A DNA stretch of 64,000 nucleotides from a virus (IMGVR_UViG_3300020045_001345:13920-77919), one strand, 5' to 3'. Positions 1 through 9,335 are shown, counted from the first letter of the stretch. Notes: generated by a model from the sequence alone, not told the origin. A program made the numbers and translations.

Positions 1-1
1 T

Positions 2-70
2 AAAATTTTATGTGATAGTGTGAATGCACAGGGGAATCGTTTAACTACGTTTGAGGCTGATTCGGTATGA
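2..70 (+). pseudogene. 3' end of an ORF entering from outside the window; resembles the N-terminus of the other (Thy1-like) phage ThyX family, cut short
   Basis: Reads KILCDSVNAQGNRLTTFEADSV*, similar to the recalled 'AKIIADS.S..G.RITTFE' start of phage Thy1-like proteins. The stop overlaps the HNH start (ATGA at 67-70). The start codon is off-window. Confidence 0.4.
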
Positions 71-612
71 AATGGGAAAGTCATTTCTACTACGCTCCAG
101 AGATTCCAAACGGCCTAAGGTGGGTAAGAGCGGCATCAAATAATAGACTTAAGGCAGGAGATCCCGCTGGTAGTAAGAAATTCGACAAAGGAAAATATTA
201 CTACCAACTAAAGTTAGGGTATAATAACTGTCAAAATCATAGAATAGTTTGGGAAATGTTCAATGGAGAAATTCCTGAAGGTTTTGTAGTAGATCATATT
301 GACGGAAATCCAAGCAATAACACAATAGAAAATCTGAGAGTTTGCACAAACCAAGAGAATGCCTATAACTCTAAGAAGTCAAAATTAAATAAGTCAGGAA
401 TTTCTGGAATAAGTATTAAAGATAATGGGACAGGTACACTTTACGTTACTGCACAATGGAATTATAGTGGTAAACGATGTTGCAAAAACTTCTCAATAGC
501 TAAGTATGGGTATGACATAGCTTTTGAACTGGCTGTTGCTGCCAGAAATGCTGCACTTAAAACAATTCAAGAAACTGGTATAAACATTCACGAAGGGCAC
601 GGAAAACGATGA
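67..612 (+). CDS. Free-standing HNH homing endonuclease
   Basis: HRIVWEMFNG...VVDHIDGNPSNNTIENLR..T..EN HNH motif; C-terminal AP2-like DNA-binding region. Confidence 0.9.
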   Translation: MKWESHFYYAPEIPNGLRWVRAASNNRLKAGDPAGSKKFDKGKYYYQLKLGYNNCQNHRIVWEMFNGEIPEGFVVDHIDGNPSNNTIENLRVCTNQENAYNSKKSKLNKSGISGISIKDNGTGTLYVTAQWNYSGKRCCKNFSIAKYGYDIAFELAVAARNAALKTIQETGINIHEGHGKR

Positions 613-1274
613 CATTTAAAGCAAAACTAATAGCAACAACCCAACCTACTGATGAAATGAAAGCTTTAGGTGTTTCAGACTTGAAAGATTTGATAACTAT
701 GTGTGCAAGAGTTTCAAATCCTTCTAACCAAATGAATATGGATACAGCAGATAAACTTATTGCATATCTTATGAAGTATAAACATTTCAGTCCTTTTGAA
801 ATGGCTAATTGTGTTGTGGAAGTAAACTGTCCGCGAGACATTGCACGTCAACTTCTACGTCATCGCAGTTTTTGTTTTCAAGAATTTTCACAGCGATATG
901 CTGATGTAACACAACTAGAGGACGCTTTCTGTATCCGAGAGCTGCGAATGCAAGACACTAAAAATCGGCAAAATAGTATTGTAACAGGTGATGAAACCTT
1001 ACAACGTGTCTGGAATGATATTCAAAATGAGGTGCTTGATCTCGTAAAAGAGCGCTATAATACTGCTATTAGTTTTGGTATTGCAAAAGAAGTAGCTCGT
1101 GTTATTCTACCAGAAGGTCTTACAATGTCTCGCCTATACGTCAATGGCACAATCCGTAGTTGGATTCATTATTTAGAAGTTCGTATGGAGGAAGGTGTTA
1201 CGCAGGCAGAACACGTACAACTTGCTACATTAATAGCAGAGCAGATTAATACTGTTTTTAAAGTTACTAAGTAA
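609..1274 (+). CDS. thyX: Flavin-dependent thymidylate synthase ThyX
   Basis: RHRSFCFQEFSQRY (RHRx7SxR signature), H.SPFE, KEVARVILP. Confidence 0.95.
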   Translation: MTFKAKLIATTQPTDEMKALGVSDLKDLITMCARVSNPSNQMNMDTADKLIAYLMKYKHFSPFEMANCVVEVNCPRDIARQLLRHRSFCFQEFSQRYADVTQLEDAFCIRELRMQDTKNRQNSIVTGDETLQRVWNDIQNEVLDLVKERYNTAISFGIAKEVARVILPEGLTMSRLYVNGTIRSWIHYLEVRMEEGVTQAEHVQLATLIAEQINTVFKVTK

Positions 1275-1286
1275 ATAAGAACTAAA

Positions 1287-1484
1287 ATGACTATATTTGA
1301 AACACAAGAAGCTCTACCACTCTCTAGTAATCAGAAAGATGTCTTAATCAAAATATTTGTAGAAGGACTCTCTCAAAGAGATACTTCATTACTACTTGGT
1401 ATCACACCTCAACGTGTCGGTCAGCTTAAACATGAGGGTGTACTACGTATGATGAAGCTACTAAAAATACAAAGAAACACTTGA
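1287..1484 (+). CDS. Small sigma70 region-4-like helix-turn-helix protein
   Basis: LSSNQKDVLIKIFVEGLSQRDTSLLLGITPQRVGQLKHEGVLRM matches the sigma70_r4 pattern (L..R.+.V+...+..G.S..EIA..LG+S..RV.Q+...A+.+L). Confidence 0.75.
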   Translation: MTIFETQEALPLSSNQKDVLIKIFVEGLSQRDTSLLLGITPQRVGQLKHEGVLRMMKLLKIQRNT

Positions 1485-1527
1485 CAAATTCCCTCACAAG
1501 GCATATTATTTGTTCTGTGAGGGAATT
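1481..1527 (+). promoter_or_regulatory. sigma70 promoter with a 12-bp inverted repeat enclosing the -10 box
   Basis: TTGACA(1481)-17-TATTAT(1504); arms AATTCCCTCACA 1487-1498 and TGTGAGGGAATT 1516-1527. Confidence 0.8.
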
Positions 1528-1633
1528 GCTGCATTTGCAGAGGATGTTTTAAGGAGAGCTTTACTTGTACTCCGATGAATATATCTTAGAAGATATTGAA
1601 AGTGGTTATTTAATATACACATAAGGAGAGATT

Positions 1634-3301
1634 ATGAGTGGTTATTGGAAAGCAGATAAACAAGGAGAAAATGGAATGAATAAAGAAGTATTTGTGCCAA
1701 AGGAAACACTGAAGGATGTTGAGGGGTATCCCTTTAAAGACTTGCCAGAGCGAGGGCTTAGGAAAGAAACACTACAGCGTTTTGGTGTCAAAGTAGGACT
1801 ATCTGAAGAAGATGGTACAACTGTCGTTGCTGTGTATTTTCCATCGTACAATCAGAAGGGTAAAATCACAGGGTACAAAAAACAAGATTTAACAAAAGAT
1901 AAGAGTGAGAAGTATCACTGGTCTACCATTGGCAGCGTTTCTATCCAGAATAAATTATTTGGTCAAGAGGTTGCTGAAAGTATTCAAAGAAAACATACAT
2001 TTCTACACGTAACAGAGGGGGAATATGACGCATTAAGTTGCTTCCAAGCTTTAAAAGATCAAGTGAAAGGTACAAAGTTTGAAGGGCTTGAACCATCTAT
2101 CACCAGCATCCCTCTTGGCACAGCCAATGCAGTAGAAGCTATGCTACATAATCAGGAATTTGTTCTGAGCTACTCTTCATTGTGTATGTTCTTTGATGAT
2201 GATTATTGCACACCAGCAGAGAAGTTAAAAGGTGTGATGAAGGGGCATGAAGCTCGTGAGGCTGTTGCCAATGCTTTTGTTGGTGCAAACATAGATTTGT
2301 TTACGGTGTCTACTACAGGTGACTATAAAGACGCCTCTGATCTCCTTCAGGACGGTAAGAGTGATGAACTTGCAAAACTTGTGCAGTTTGGTAAACGTCA
2401 ATTTAGTGCTGAAAAAATTGCCAATGCAGCCAGTATAAGTTTTGATGAAATCATTGCAAAACCGCCAGAAGGCGTCTATATCAAAAGTTTTCCAATGTTG
2501 ATGGAGAAGATTCATGGTTTTAGGTGTTCAGAACTGACACTACTTACCAGTGGGAGTGGTGTCGGAAAAAGCACTATCACTTCAATTTTTGCAGCTGATT
2601 TTATTGATGCTGGTAAGAAGGTTGGTCTTATTTTTCTTGAGGAAACAAAAGTACAGACATTGCAGCGTATGGTTGCACATAAACTGAAAGTTAATTTCAA
2701 TAAGTTTAAGGAAAATCCGCTCTCTGTCGCTTCTAAAGAGAGTATCAGAGAGGCTTATGACAGTATTGTAGATAACGATATGGCTGTCTTTCTTGACCAT
2801 TTTGGTAATCTACCTGTATCAGAGTTGATGAGCAAAGTAAAACACATGCATCTAGTTTCTAAATGTGATTTTATTATTATTGATCATCTTACTTTGTGTG
2901 CGTCAGGTGGAGGGGGTGAGTTAGATGAAAGACGAGTATTAGATCAAGTAATGACAGAGCTGGCAGCGTTTTGTGCATCAAACAAAGTAGGTATAATTGC
3001 CATCAGTCATATCAATCGTGGAGGTTTTGCAGATAACAAACCTCCAAAGGATGCTGATGAGAATCCTTACTGGGTTAAAGTGGACAAATCTCACATGCGA
3101 GGGTCATCAGCTTTGGAACAGTTGAGTTGGACTATTTTAGGAGTAGAAAACCAGATCATGCCAGACCGAAGCCGTGGCAATGTACGCCTCACTGTTTTGA
3201 AGAACAGAACATTCGGATCTTTGGGGGTTGCAGACGAGTTTAGTCTTAATCAAGATACATGGGAAGTTGAATTAGCTAACCAAGACCCTTGTGAATTCTA
3301 A
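1634..3301 (+). CDS. T7 gp4-like DNA primase/helicase (TOPRIM + DnaB-type helicase); no N-terminal Zn-binding domain visible
   Basis: VTEGEYDALS and FFDDD (TOPRIM), KDASD, Walker A GSGVGKS, IIIDHL, SHINR, RGSSALEQLS, KNR. Confidence 0.93.
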   Translation: MSGYWKADKQGENGMNKEVFVPKETLKDVEGYPFKDLPERGLRKETLQRFGVKVGLSEEDGTTVVAVYFPSYNQKGKITGYKKQDLTKDKSEKYHWSTIGSVSIQNKLFGQEVAESIQRKHTFLHVTEGEYDALSCFQALKDQVKGTKFEGLEPSITSIPLGTANAVEAMLHNQEFVLSYSSLCMFFDDDYCTPAEKLKGVMKGHEAREAVANAFVGANIDLFTVSTTGDYKDASDLLQDGKSDELAKLVQFGKRQFSAEKIANAASISFDEIIAKPPEGVYIKSFPMLMEKIHGFRCSELTLLTSGSGVGKSTITSIFAADFIDAGKKVGLIFLEETKVQTLQRMVAHKLKVNFNKFKENPLSVASKESIREAYDSIVDNDMAVFLDHFGNLPVSELMSKVKHMHLVSKCDFIIIDHLTLCASGGGGELDERRVLDQVMTELAAFCASNKVGIIAISHINRGGFADNKPPKDADENPYWVKVDKSHMRGSSALEQLSWTILGVENQIMPDRSRGNVRLTVLKNRTFGSLGVADEFSLNQDTWEVELANQDPCEF

Positions 3302-3328
3302 ATAACCAGACAAACTCTTAGTAAACCC

Positions 3329-3361
3329 TTGACATAGCTATTGTGAGCAATTACAATAGCT
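3329..3361 (+). promoter_or_regulatory. sigma70 promoter with inverted repeat over the -10 box
   Basis: TTGACA(3329)-17-TACAAT(3352); arms AGCTATTGT 3336-3344 and ACAATAGCT 3353-3361. Confidence 0.85.
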
Positions 3362-3386
3362 TCATTCAATCAACAAGGAGAACATA

Positions 3387-3749
3387 ATGACAGGATTTGT
3401 TGCAAATAGATTTGTCAAGCTACTTAAAAACAAAGGCTTCAGGGTGGTAAGGGAAAACCATACACGATACTCGGGCATTTGGATTGTAAGGGGTTTTGGT
3501 ATTTACGGTGTTATTGCACCTCACATGAAGGAATACTATAATGCTGATTTCTTTGTAGATAACGAAGAATATTGGGATAAATTCTCTCATGCAGTTGTTA
3601 AGGTGGACATCTCTAAAGTGAATACAGAAGATTTATTTGAGGATATTTCTTACTTGACTTCTGAAGAAGGTAGAGAGTATAATAGAAGTTATGCCTATCT
3701 TGATGACAATAGAGCCAGGTTTAAGACAATGATCAATAAGGAGAACTAA
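3387..3749 (+). CDS. Hypothetical protein
   Basis: ORF with AAGGAG Shine-Dalgarno directly after a promoter. Confidence 0.75.
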   Translation: MTGFVANRFVKLLKNKGFRVVRENHTRYSGIWIVRGFGIYGVIAPHMKEYYNADFFVDNEEYWDKFSHAVVKVDISKVNTEDLFEDISYLTSEEGREYNRSYAYLDDNRARFKTMINKEN

Positions 3750-4349
3750 ATGTCAACACAGATGAAAATTAATGTTCAGAAGAATACAGCAAACAAGATA
3801 CTAGACAGCCTATTTGTAGTAGATCCTTTCTGCATTGTAGCAGGAGGTGCTCCGAGAGACTGGCACTTAGGGAAAGTTGCAACTGACATTGACATATTTC
3901 TTTATATTAAAGAGAATATACAATTAGGAATTGTGAAGAAAATGCTAGAGAAGGTATTGCTCATAAAATTATCAGAAGCTATGGAAGGGCATAATATACC
4001 GGATTGGTACAAGATGAACCCAAATCTTCGTTGTGTGTTCAATTTTAAGAGATGTGGTGTGAAAATTCAAATTATGGTTATGAGGGAATCTACTTTTAAA
4101 AGTGTACTTCCAAATTTTCCTCTTAGTATTTGCCATGCTTGGTATAAGAACGAAGTTGTACACTTAGAAAAACATTTTATCAGATCCATTACACATAAAG
4201 CCATATACAAGACTTCAGTTATTTATAATGATGAGCACCAATATATTCAGAAAATCCTTGCCAAATTTCCAGATTTCACTTATTATGAAAATTCTGTAGC
4301 TTTAGCAGAACACATATTAGATAATCAAGGAGAACCAAATGTTAAATAA
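3750..4349 (+). CDS. Nucleotidyltransferase, CCA-adding/poly(A) polymerase head-domain-like
   Basis: IVAGGAPRDWHLGKVATDIDIF = class II NTase GG.xRD...DxD motif. Confidence 0.8.
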   Translation: MSTQMKINVQKNTANKILDSLFVVDPFCIVAGGAPRDWHLGKVATDIDIFLYIKENIQLGIVKKMLEKVLLIKLSEAMEGHNIPDWYKMNPNLRCVFNFKRCGVKIQIMVMRESTFKSVLPNFPLSICHAWYKNEVVHLEKHFIRSITHKAIYKTSVIYNDEHQYIQKILAKFPDFTYYENSVALAEHILDNQGEPNVK

Positions 4350-4554
4350 AATTAAGCAGCTTTTCACACTTTCCTACATACTTACAGTTCATATGAAGTC
4401 TGGAAAGAGCATAACTTGCAAGTGTAAAAACTTTACAATTGGTAGGAAAGGAAATGAACTTATGAGTTATAATATTGAGCTTAGTAAAGACTACCCTGAC
4501 TATATTTGTTTGTCAGAAGTAGAGGCTATTACATCCGTTAAGACGTATTTCTAA
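4339..4554 (+). CDS. Hypothetical protein
   Basis: Tightly packed ORF with SD. Confidence 0.7.
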   Translation: MLNKIKQLFTLSYILTVHMKSGKSITCKCKNFTIGRKGNELMSYNIELSKDYPDYICLSEVEAITSVKTYF

Positions 4555-4568
4555 ATAAGGAGAACATA

Positions 4569-4961
4569 GTGACAACATATATTAAATTTAACGTTAGTGT
4601 AGCACGAGAAAATATTGGTGGTGAATATGAGGATGACAGTTGGAGCAGAGATTCTTACATAGGAAGCTGCTCTATTTTGTCTGCTAAGATTGTCAAAGAT
4701 GATGGTTATGACACACTTGCAGTTGCTGAGGATTTGAAAGCAGGAGCTATTATCTTCCTAGTATGGGCAGAATACACCACAGGAGATAGCTTTGGAAGTG
4801 ATGGAGGGAACTATGAACTTCTTCAAGTGTTTACAGACGCTGACTCTGCTGTGGCAAGTAGAATGTTCTACGAGAATGATACACGTAGTTATCACCCTTG
4901 GCAGGGATACTTTGAATCTCTTGATGGAATTTTTGTTGAAACTATGATACTAGGTGTATAA
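4569..4961 (+). CDS. Hypothetical protein (acidic)
   Basis: GTG start with AAGGAG SD; in operon. Confidence 0.7.
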   Translation: MTTYIKFNVSVARENIGGEYEDDSWSRDSYIGSCSILSAKIVKDDGYDTLAVAEDLKAGAIIFLVWAEYTTGDSFGSDGGNYELLQVFTDADSAVASRMFYENDTRSYHPWQGYFESLDGIFVETMILGV

Positions 4962-5282
4962 ATGACAAACGCTAAAAATGAACTACTAGATCACATCAAC
5001 AAACGAGTAATACTAGCAGCAACCATCTCTGATGGAGATTACGATGGTGGGTACAGAGATTATCCAACGTATTATGCAGAGTTAAAAGTTGGATACACAC
5101 CAAACCAGTTTGCACAATTCATATTAGCATTAGATTTTGAGTATGATTCTGGGTATGGTTGTCAGGAGTTATACGGTACAATTTGGTACTCTGATGGGAC
5201 ATGGAGCAGCCGTGGAGAGTATGATGGCAGTGAGTGGTGGGATTGGAATATACTACCAGATATTCCAGATAATTTGAAATAA
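4962..5282 (+). CDS. Conserved phage hypothetical protein
   Basis: YDSGYGCQELYGTIWYSDGTWSSRGEYDGSEWW resembles a recurrent phage family; abuts the previous stop. Confidence 0.7.
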   Translation: MTNAKNELLDHINKRVILAATISDGDYDGGYRDYPTYYAELKVGYTPNQFAQFILALDFEYDSGYGCQELYGTIWYSDGTWSSRGEYDGSEWWDWNILPDIPDNLK

Positions 5283-5289
5283 GGAGATT

Positions 5290-5505
5290 ATGATGAAAGA
5301 TGGATACAGAGTAATATATCCAAGAGGTGATAAGTCTAAACTCGCAGTAGCTTTTGTACTAGACTATGAGGAATCGGAATGGAAACTGGCATCTACGAAA
5401 ATCTTTGATGAGTGCGCTGATTGTAAGACCTATGCAAAATCACTAGCTTTAAAATATAGTAAGGAGTATGATGGTGGTGAAGATGAGCAGGATTACTTAG
5501 AATAG
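5290..5505 (+). CDS. Hypothetical protein
   Basis: SD plus operon packing. Confidence 0.7.
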   Translation: MMKDGYRVIYPRGDKSKLAVAFVLDYEESEWKLASTKIFDECADCKTYAKSLALKYSKEYDGGEDEQDYLE

Positions 5506-5513
5506 GAGACAGA

Positions 5514-5657
5514 ATGGAACATCTAATATTACACACTATTACAGTATTACTTTTTACCCTTAACATAATAGTAGGAGTAAGCAATTATTTATCAAAGAGC
5601 TATGGTTTGGCAGCACTGAGTGCCTTTTCAACAGGTTTATTAATAGGAGGAATGTAA
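5514..5657 (+). CDS. Small membrane protein (47 aa, below ORF-track cut-off)
   Basis: MEHLILHTITVLLFTLNIIVGVSNYLSKSYGLAALSAFSTGLLIGGM*; GGAG SD; two hydrophobic stretches. Confidence 0.65.
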   Translation: MEHLILHTITVLLFTLNIIVGVSNYLSKSYGLAALSAFSTGLLIGGM

Positions 5658-5788
5658 TGAATTTTATAATGGCACTACTTTTAGCATTAAATATGTTTAT
5701 AGCATTCCACTCCCACCAATGTAACCGTCATTTCTATACTGCACTGGCCTGTTTTACAATGGGTTGGATATTGAGAGGATTCCTATGA
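5657..5788 (+). CDS. Small membrane protein (43 aa)
   Basis: MNFIMALLLALNMFIAF...FTMGWILRGFL*; TAATG overlap upstream and ATGA overlap downstream. Confidence 0.6.
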   Translation: MNFIMALLLALNMFIAFHSHQCNRHFYTALACFTMGWILRGFL

Positions 5789-6054
5789 ACATCATTTCAG
5801 CGCTACAGAGCCAGATAGCTCGTAATAAAAATGAATTATGTATCCTAAATGATGATATTAAGCTGTGGAGAAGTTTACTCCCAGTGCAGACTAGACACTT
5901 CTCGCAAGATCTTTACAAGAAAGTTCTACAACGCGATAGACAATTACTTAAGAAACTTGTAGCTATTCAGAAGGCTTTGAAGAAACAACTTGCTTTGCAT
6001 ATTGAGTTGACAATACACGGTAAACACATTCCTTATAAGCGATATTTAACATGA
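5785..6054 (+). CDS. Hypothetical coiled-coil protein
   Basis: ATG at 5785 preferred over TTG at 5764 (GAGG SD, ATGA coupling). Confidence 0.7.
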   Translation: MNIISALQSQIARNKNELCILNDDIKLWRSLLPVQTRHFSQDLYKKVLQRDRQLLKKLVAIQKALKKQLALHIELTIHGKHIPYKRYLT

Positions 6055-6215
6055 GTGTCATTGACAGAAGTAAGCTTGACAGAATTAGAAGTTACCTGTT
6101 AGTATGTCAGGAGTTTGACACGCCTATTATGGATGATGTAGAGTATCAGTATGAGAAGTTTAGAGATGCGTATGAGATACATAATAGGTTTATTTTGAAG
6201 ATTATTGAGGAGTGA
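6051..6215 (+). CDS. Small hypothetical protein (54 aa)
   Basis: MSVIDRSKLDRIRSYLLVCQEFD...KIIEE*; fills the gap with an ATGA overlap. Confidence 0.6.
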   Translation: MSVIDRSKLDRIRSYLLVCQEFDTPIMDDVEYQYEKFRDAYEIHNRFILKIIEE

Positions 6216-6219
6216 TAAA

Positions 6220-8292
6220 TTGAGTCATAAGTGGATATACGACATCGAGACTTTCCCTAACATATTCACTTTTAGTATTATTCGAGAAGATGGTAAGTTT
6301 GCTCAAACATTTGAAGTGAGTTTTCGTAAGAATGAAATCGATCGTATTTTCACTTGTTTGGATTACTTAAATAACGAAGGCGACTATCTTGTAGGCTTTA
6401 ACAATTTGGGATTTGACTATCCTATTATTCACAAATTGTTAGTTTTAAGAGATTCTAATAAAATTCCAGTAAATGGTTTGACTATTGCTAAAAGAGTTTA
6501 CAAATTTGCACAAGAACAAATTGAAAGCTTTAAAAGTCAATTTCCAAATACAGTAAGAGAATCTGAAAGATATGTAAAGCAAATTGATTTATTTAAAATT
6601 CATCACTTTGATAATAAAGCTAAAAGTACCAGCCTTAAAATGCTTGAGTTCAATATGCGAGAAAACAATATTGAGGACTTGCCCTATCCTGTTGGAATGG
6701 AATTAACAAGTGAACAATGTGATGTACTTATAAAATATAATGCCCATGATGTAAAGATGACTTTGGTATTTTATAATTACTCACTTCCGGCCATTAATTT
6801 CAGGGAACAATTAACTCATAAATATAATCGTGATTTTATGAATCATAATGATACTAAAATTGGTAAAGACTATTTTATTATGAAGCTAGAAGAAGAGCGT
6901 GTTCCTGTTTATAAAAAGGTGGACGGTAAGAGGGTTATTAATCAAACTAAAAGACCTTTCATTAAAATTAAGGATTGTCTCTTTGATTATTATAATTTCA
7001 AACAACCTGCCTTCGTTGCCATGAAAGATTGGTTTGCTAAACAAACTATCAGAGAAACTAAGGGGGTCTTTACTGACATTGAAGAACATTTGTTAGGTGA
7101 TGTTGCTAAATATGCTGAATTGATTGTAAGCAAGAAGAAATTTAAATTAGAACCAACTCGTGAAGAATATAATTTGTTCAAGAAAGAACATCCCATGGGG
7201 TGGGTTGACAAGGTTGAATTGAAATCTAAGAAGAAAGGTGAAATACAATATTCGTACTGGGGTTGCTGGAAAGTAGCTGAAACTTTGAATGTTATTGTTG
7301 GTGGTTTTCGATTTGATTTTGGTGTCGGAGGTATTCATGGTAGTTTATCTAGTAAAATAGCTAGAAAAACTAAAACTTATGACTTAATTGATGCTGACGT
7401 AGCTTCTATGTATCCCAATATTGCTATTTCAAACAATGTATATCCTGAACACTTGACACAGAAATTCTGTACAATTTACAAAGATGTATATGAACAACGC
7501 AAATCGTTTGACAAGAAAAGTGCTGAAAACGCTATGTTGAAATTGGCTCTAAATGGTGTTTATGGTGACTCAAATAATCAGTATAGTCCATTTTATGATC
7601 CAAAATATACAATGCAGATTACGATCAATGGGCAACTTAGTTTGTGTTTGCTTGCTGAACAACTCCTTGAAATAGAAGGGTTGAAAATAATTCAAGTGAA
7701 CACCGATGGCATTACTGTTGCTTTACCAGTTGGAACCAGAAATGAATATAATTCAATATGTGAGAACTGGCAGAAACAAGTTGGTTTACAATTGGAATTT
7801 GCTGAATATAACAAAATGATAATCAGGGACGTAAATAATTATATTGCTCTTTACACAGATGGTAAAGCTAAGAACAAAGGAGCTTATGAATACAAAGATT
7901 TAGCTTGGCATAAAAACCAATCCTCTTTGGTAATTCCAATGGCTGCTGAAGCTCACATGTTAACAGGAATAGACCTTCGAGAATTCATTATGAACCATCC
8001 TGAAAAGTTTGATTTTATGTTGAGAACTAAAGTACCTCGTAGTAGTAGACTTGTTTTAGTTGGCGAAGATGGTGTAGATGTTCCTCAACAAAATATTTGT
8101 AGATATTATCCTTGCAAATCAGGTGGAAAGCTTGTTAAAATTATGCCACCATTAATTGAGGGTGGAGAAGAACGTAGATTATCAATTGATTCAGCTTGGA
8201 ACGTAAAAACTTGTAATGATATCAAAGATTTTATTGGTGATATTGATTATGATTATTTTGTTGCAGAAGCTGAGAAATTAGTTATTAATTAA
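6220..8292 (+). CDS. Family B DNA polymerase with 3'-5' exonuclease
   Basis: ExoI YDIETF, ExoII GFNNLGFDY, ExoIII YNAHDV; Pol motifs DADVASMYPNI, KLALNGVYG, NTDG. TTG at 6220 follows a GAGGAG SD (track start 6205). Confidence 0.95.
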   Translation: MSHKWIYDIETFPNIFTFSIIREDGKFAQTFEVSFRKNEIDRIFTCLDYLNNEGDYLVGFNNLGFDYPIIHKLLVLRDSNKIPVNGLTIAKRVYKFAQEQIESFKSQFPNTVRESERYVKQIDLFKIHHFDNKAKSTSLKMLEFNMRENNIEDLPYPVGMELTSEQCDVLIKYNAHDVKMTLVFYNYSLPAINFREQLTHKYNRDFMNHNDTKIGKDYFIMKLEEERVPVYKKVDGKRVINQTKRPFIKIKDCLFDYYNFKQPAFVAMKDWFAKQTIRETKGVFTDIEEHLLGDVAKYAELIVSKKKFKLEPTREEYNLFKKEHPMGWVDKVELKSKKKGEIQYSYWGCWKVAETLNVIVGGFRFDFGVGGIHGSLSSKIARKTKTYDLIDADVASMYPNIAISNNVYPEHLTQKFCTIYKDVYEQRKSFDKKSAENAMLKLALNGVYGDSNNQYSPFYDPKYTMQITINGQLSLCLLAEQLLEIEGLKIIQVNTDGITVALPVGTRNEYNSICENWQKQVGLQLEFAEYNKMIIRDVNNYIALYTDGKAKNKGAYEYKDLAWHKNQSSLVIPMAAEAHMLTGIDLREFIMNHPEKFDFMLRTKVPRSSRLVLVGEDGVDVPQQNICRYYPCKSGGKLVKIMPPLIEGGEERRLSIDSAWNVKTCNDIKDFIGDIDYDYFVAEAEKLVIN

Positions 8293-8302
8293 AGGAGAAA
8301 TA

Positions 8303-8476
8303 ATGCCAAACATGAGTTCAGAACAACTAGAGCTATTAAAAGTAGCTTCTACAAAAGTCTTTCAGTTAGCTGGAGGAGATGCTTCTATGCTATTACATAA
8401 AGCAATTCCTCTACTTGAAACGGTGTCACGTATTGGTATTGAAGTTAAATACATATTACACCCTAGTATTAATTAA
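8303..8476 (+). CDS. Small hypothetical protein (57 aa)
   Basis: MPNMSSEQLELLK...LHPSIN*; AAGGAG SD. Confidence 0.6.
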   Translation: MPNMSSEQLELLKVASTKVFQLAGGDASMLLHKAIPLLETVSRIGIEVKYILHPSIN

Positions 8477-8487
8477 GGAGAAATAAT

Positions 8488-9024
8488 ATGATTATAGGTT
8501 TAGCTGGAAAAGCTGGTTGTGGTAAAACAACCGTTGCAAAATACTTAGTAGCCAAACACGGCTTCACTGAGGTTAGCTTCGCAACAATCCTCAAAAACAT
8601 GCTTGTCACAATGGGCTTCCCAGAGCCTTCCAATCGTGACGACAAAGAAAAGCTGATAGAAGGCTTTGACTTCTCTTGGCGGCATGCTGCCCAGTGCTTA
8701 GGTACTGAATATGGCAGGAATTGTCTTGACAAGGACATCTGGGTAAAGCTTACAATGAAAGATTTAGACCCTACTAAGAACTATGTGTTCAGTGATGTTA
8801 GATTCACGAACGAGAGTGCTGCCATAGAACAAGCAGGAGGCTCTTTGCTCTTAATAGAAGGTCGTAAAGTAGATTTAGGAGAAGCCTCTACACATGCTTC
8901 AGAGAATAGCCTTGACCTGAACTATGTAGATGCTGTGATTGAAAATACTGGCACAATTGAACATTTACACGAATGTGTGGAAGAGTTTCTAAAGTTTGTT
9001 GACAACACCGATCAAATAGATTAA
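8488..9024 (+). CDS. Deoxynucleoside monophosphate kinase (T4 gp1/T5 dNMP-kinase-like)
   Basis: IIGLAGKAGCGKTT P-loop, Q.LGTE.GR, DVRF.NE, H.SE. Confidence 0.88.
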   Translation: MIIGLAGKAGCGKTTVAKYLVAKHGFTEVSFATILKNMLVTMGFPEPSNRDDKEKLIEGFDFSWRHAAQCLGTEYGRNCLDKDIWVKLTMKDLDPTKNYVFSDVRFTNESAAIEQAGGSLLLIEGRKVDLGEASTHASENSLDLNYVDAVIENTGTIEHLHECVEEFLKFVDNTDQID

Positions 9025-9056
9025 TATACAACCTTCAATAAACAAAGGAGAACTAA

Positions 9057-9320
9057 ATGAAACTATCTGTAGAAACAAAAACTATTAAAACACCATCACT
9101 AACACTCACAGGTCGAGAAGCAGAGATACTTGTAATACTTGGAAACTCACGTGTAATTGCTGACATTGTATTTAATAGTAATATTGCTGAAACACTAGAA
9201 AGTTATGGACTCACACAGCAGGAACTTTATAAATTATTAATTGACTTACCTAGTATTTCTGAATTTAATGTCAAAACTAATGGAAAAATTGTTAGTAAAT
9301 ATAATCAATATGACAACTAA
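9057..9320 (+). CDS. Hypothetical protein
   Basis: ORF with AAGGAG SD. Confidence 0.7.
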   Translation: MKLSVETKTIKTPSLTLTGREAEILVILGNSRVIADIVFNSNIAETLESYGLTQQELYKLLIDLPSISEFNVKTNGKIVSKYNQYDN

Positions 9321-9335
9321 TGGTGGGGGAACTAA

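Noticed and set aside
8285-8490. Near-identical ATTAATTAA(A)GGAGAAATAAT on both sides of a 57-aa ORF, suggesting a mobile cassette
   Set aside because: Explained by the genome-wide stop + Shine-Dalgarno + A-rich spacer consensus; too short and low-complexity to call a repeat.
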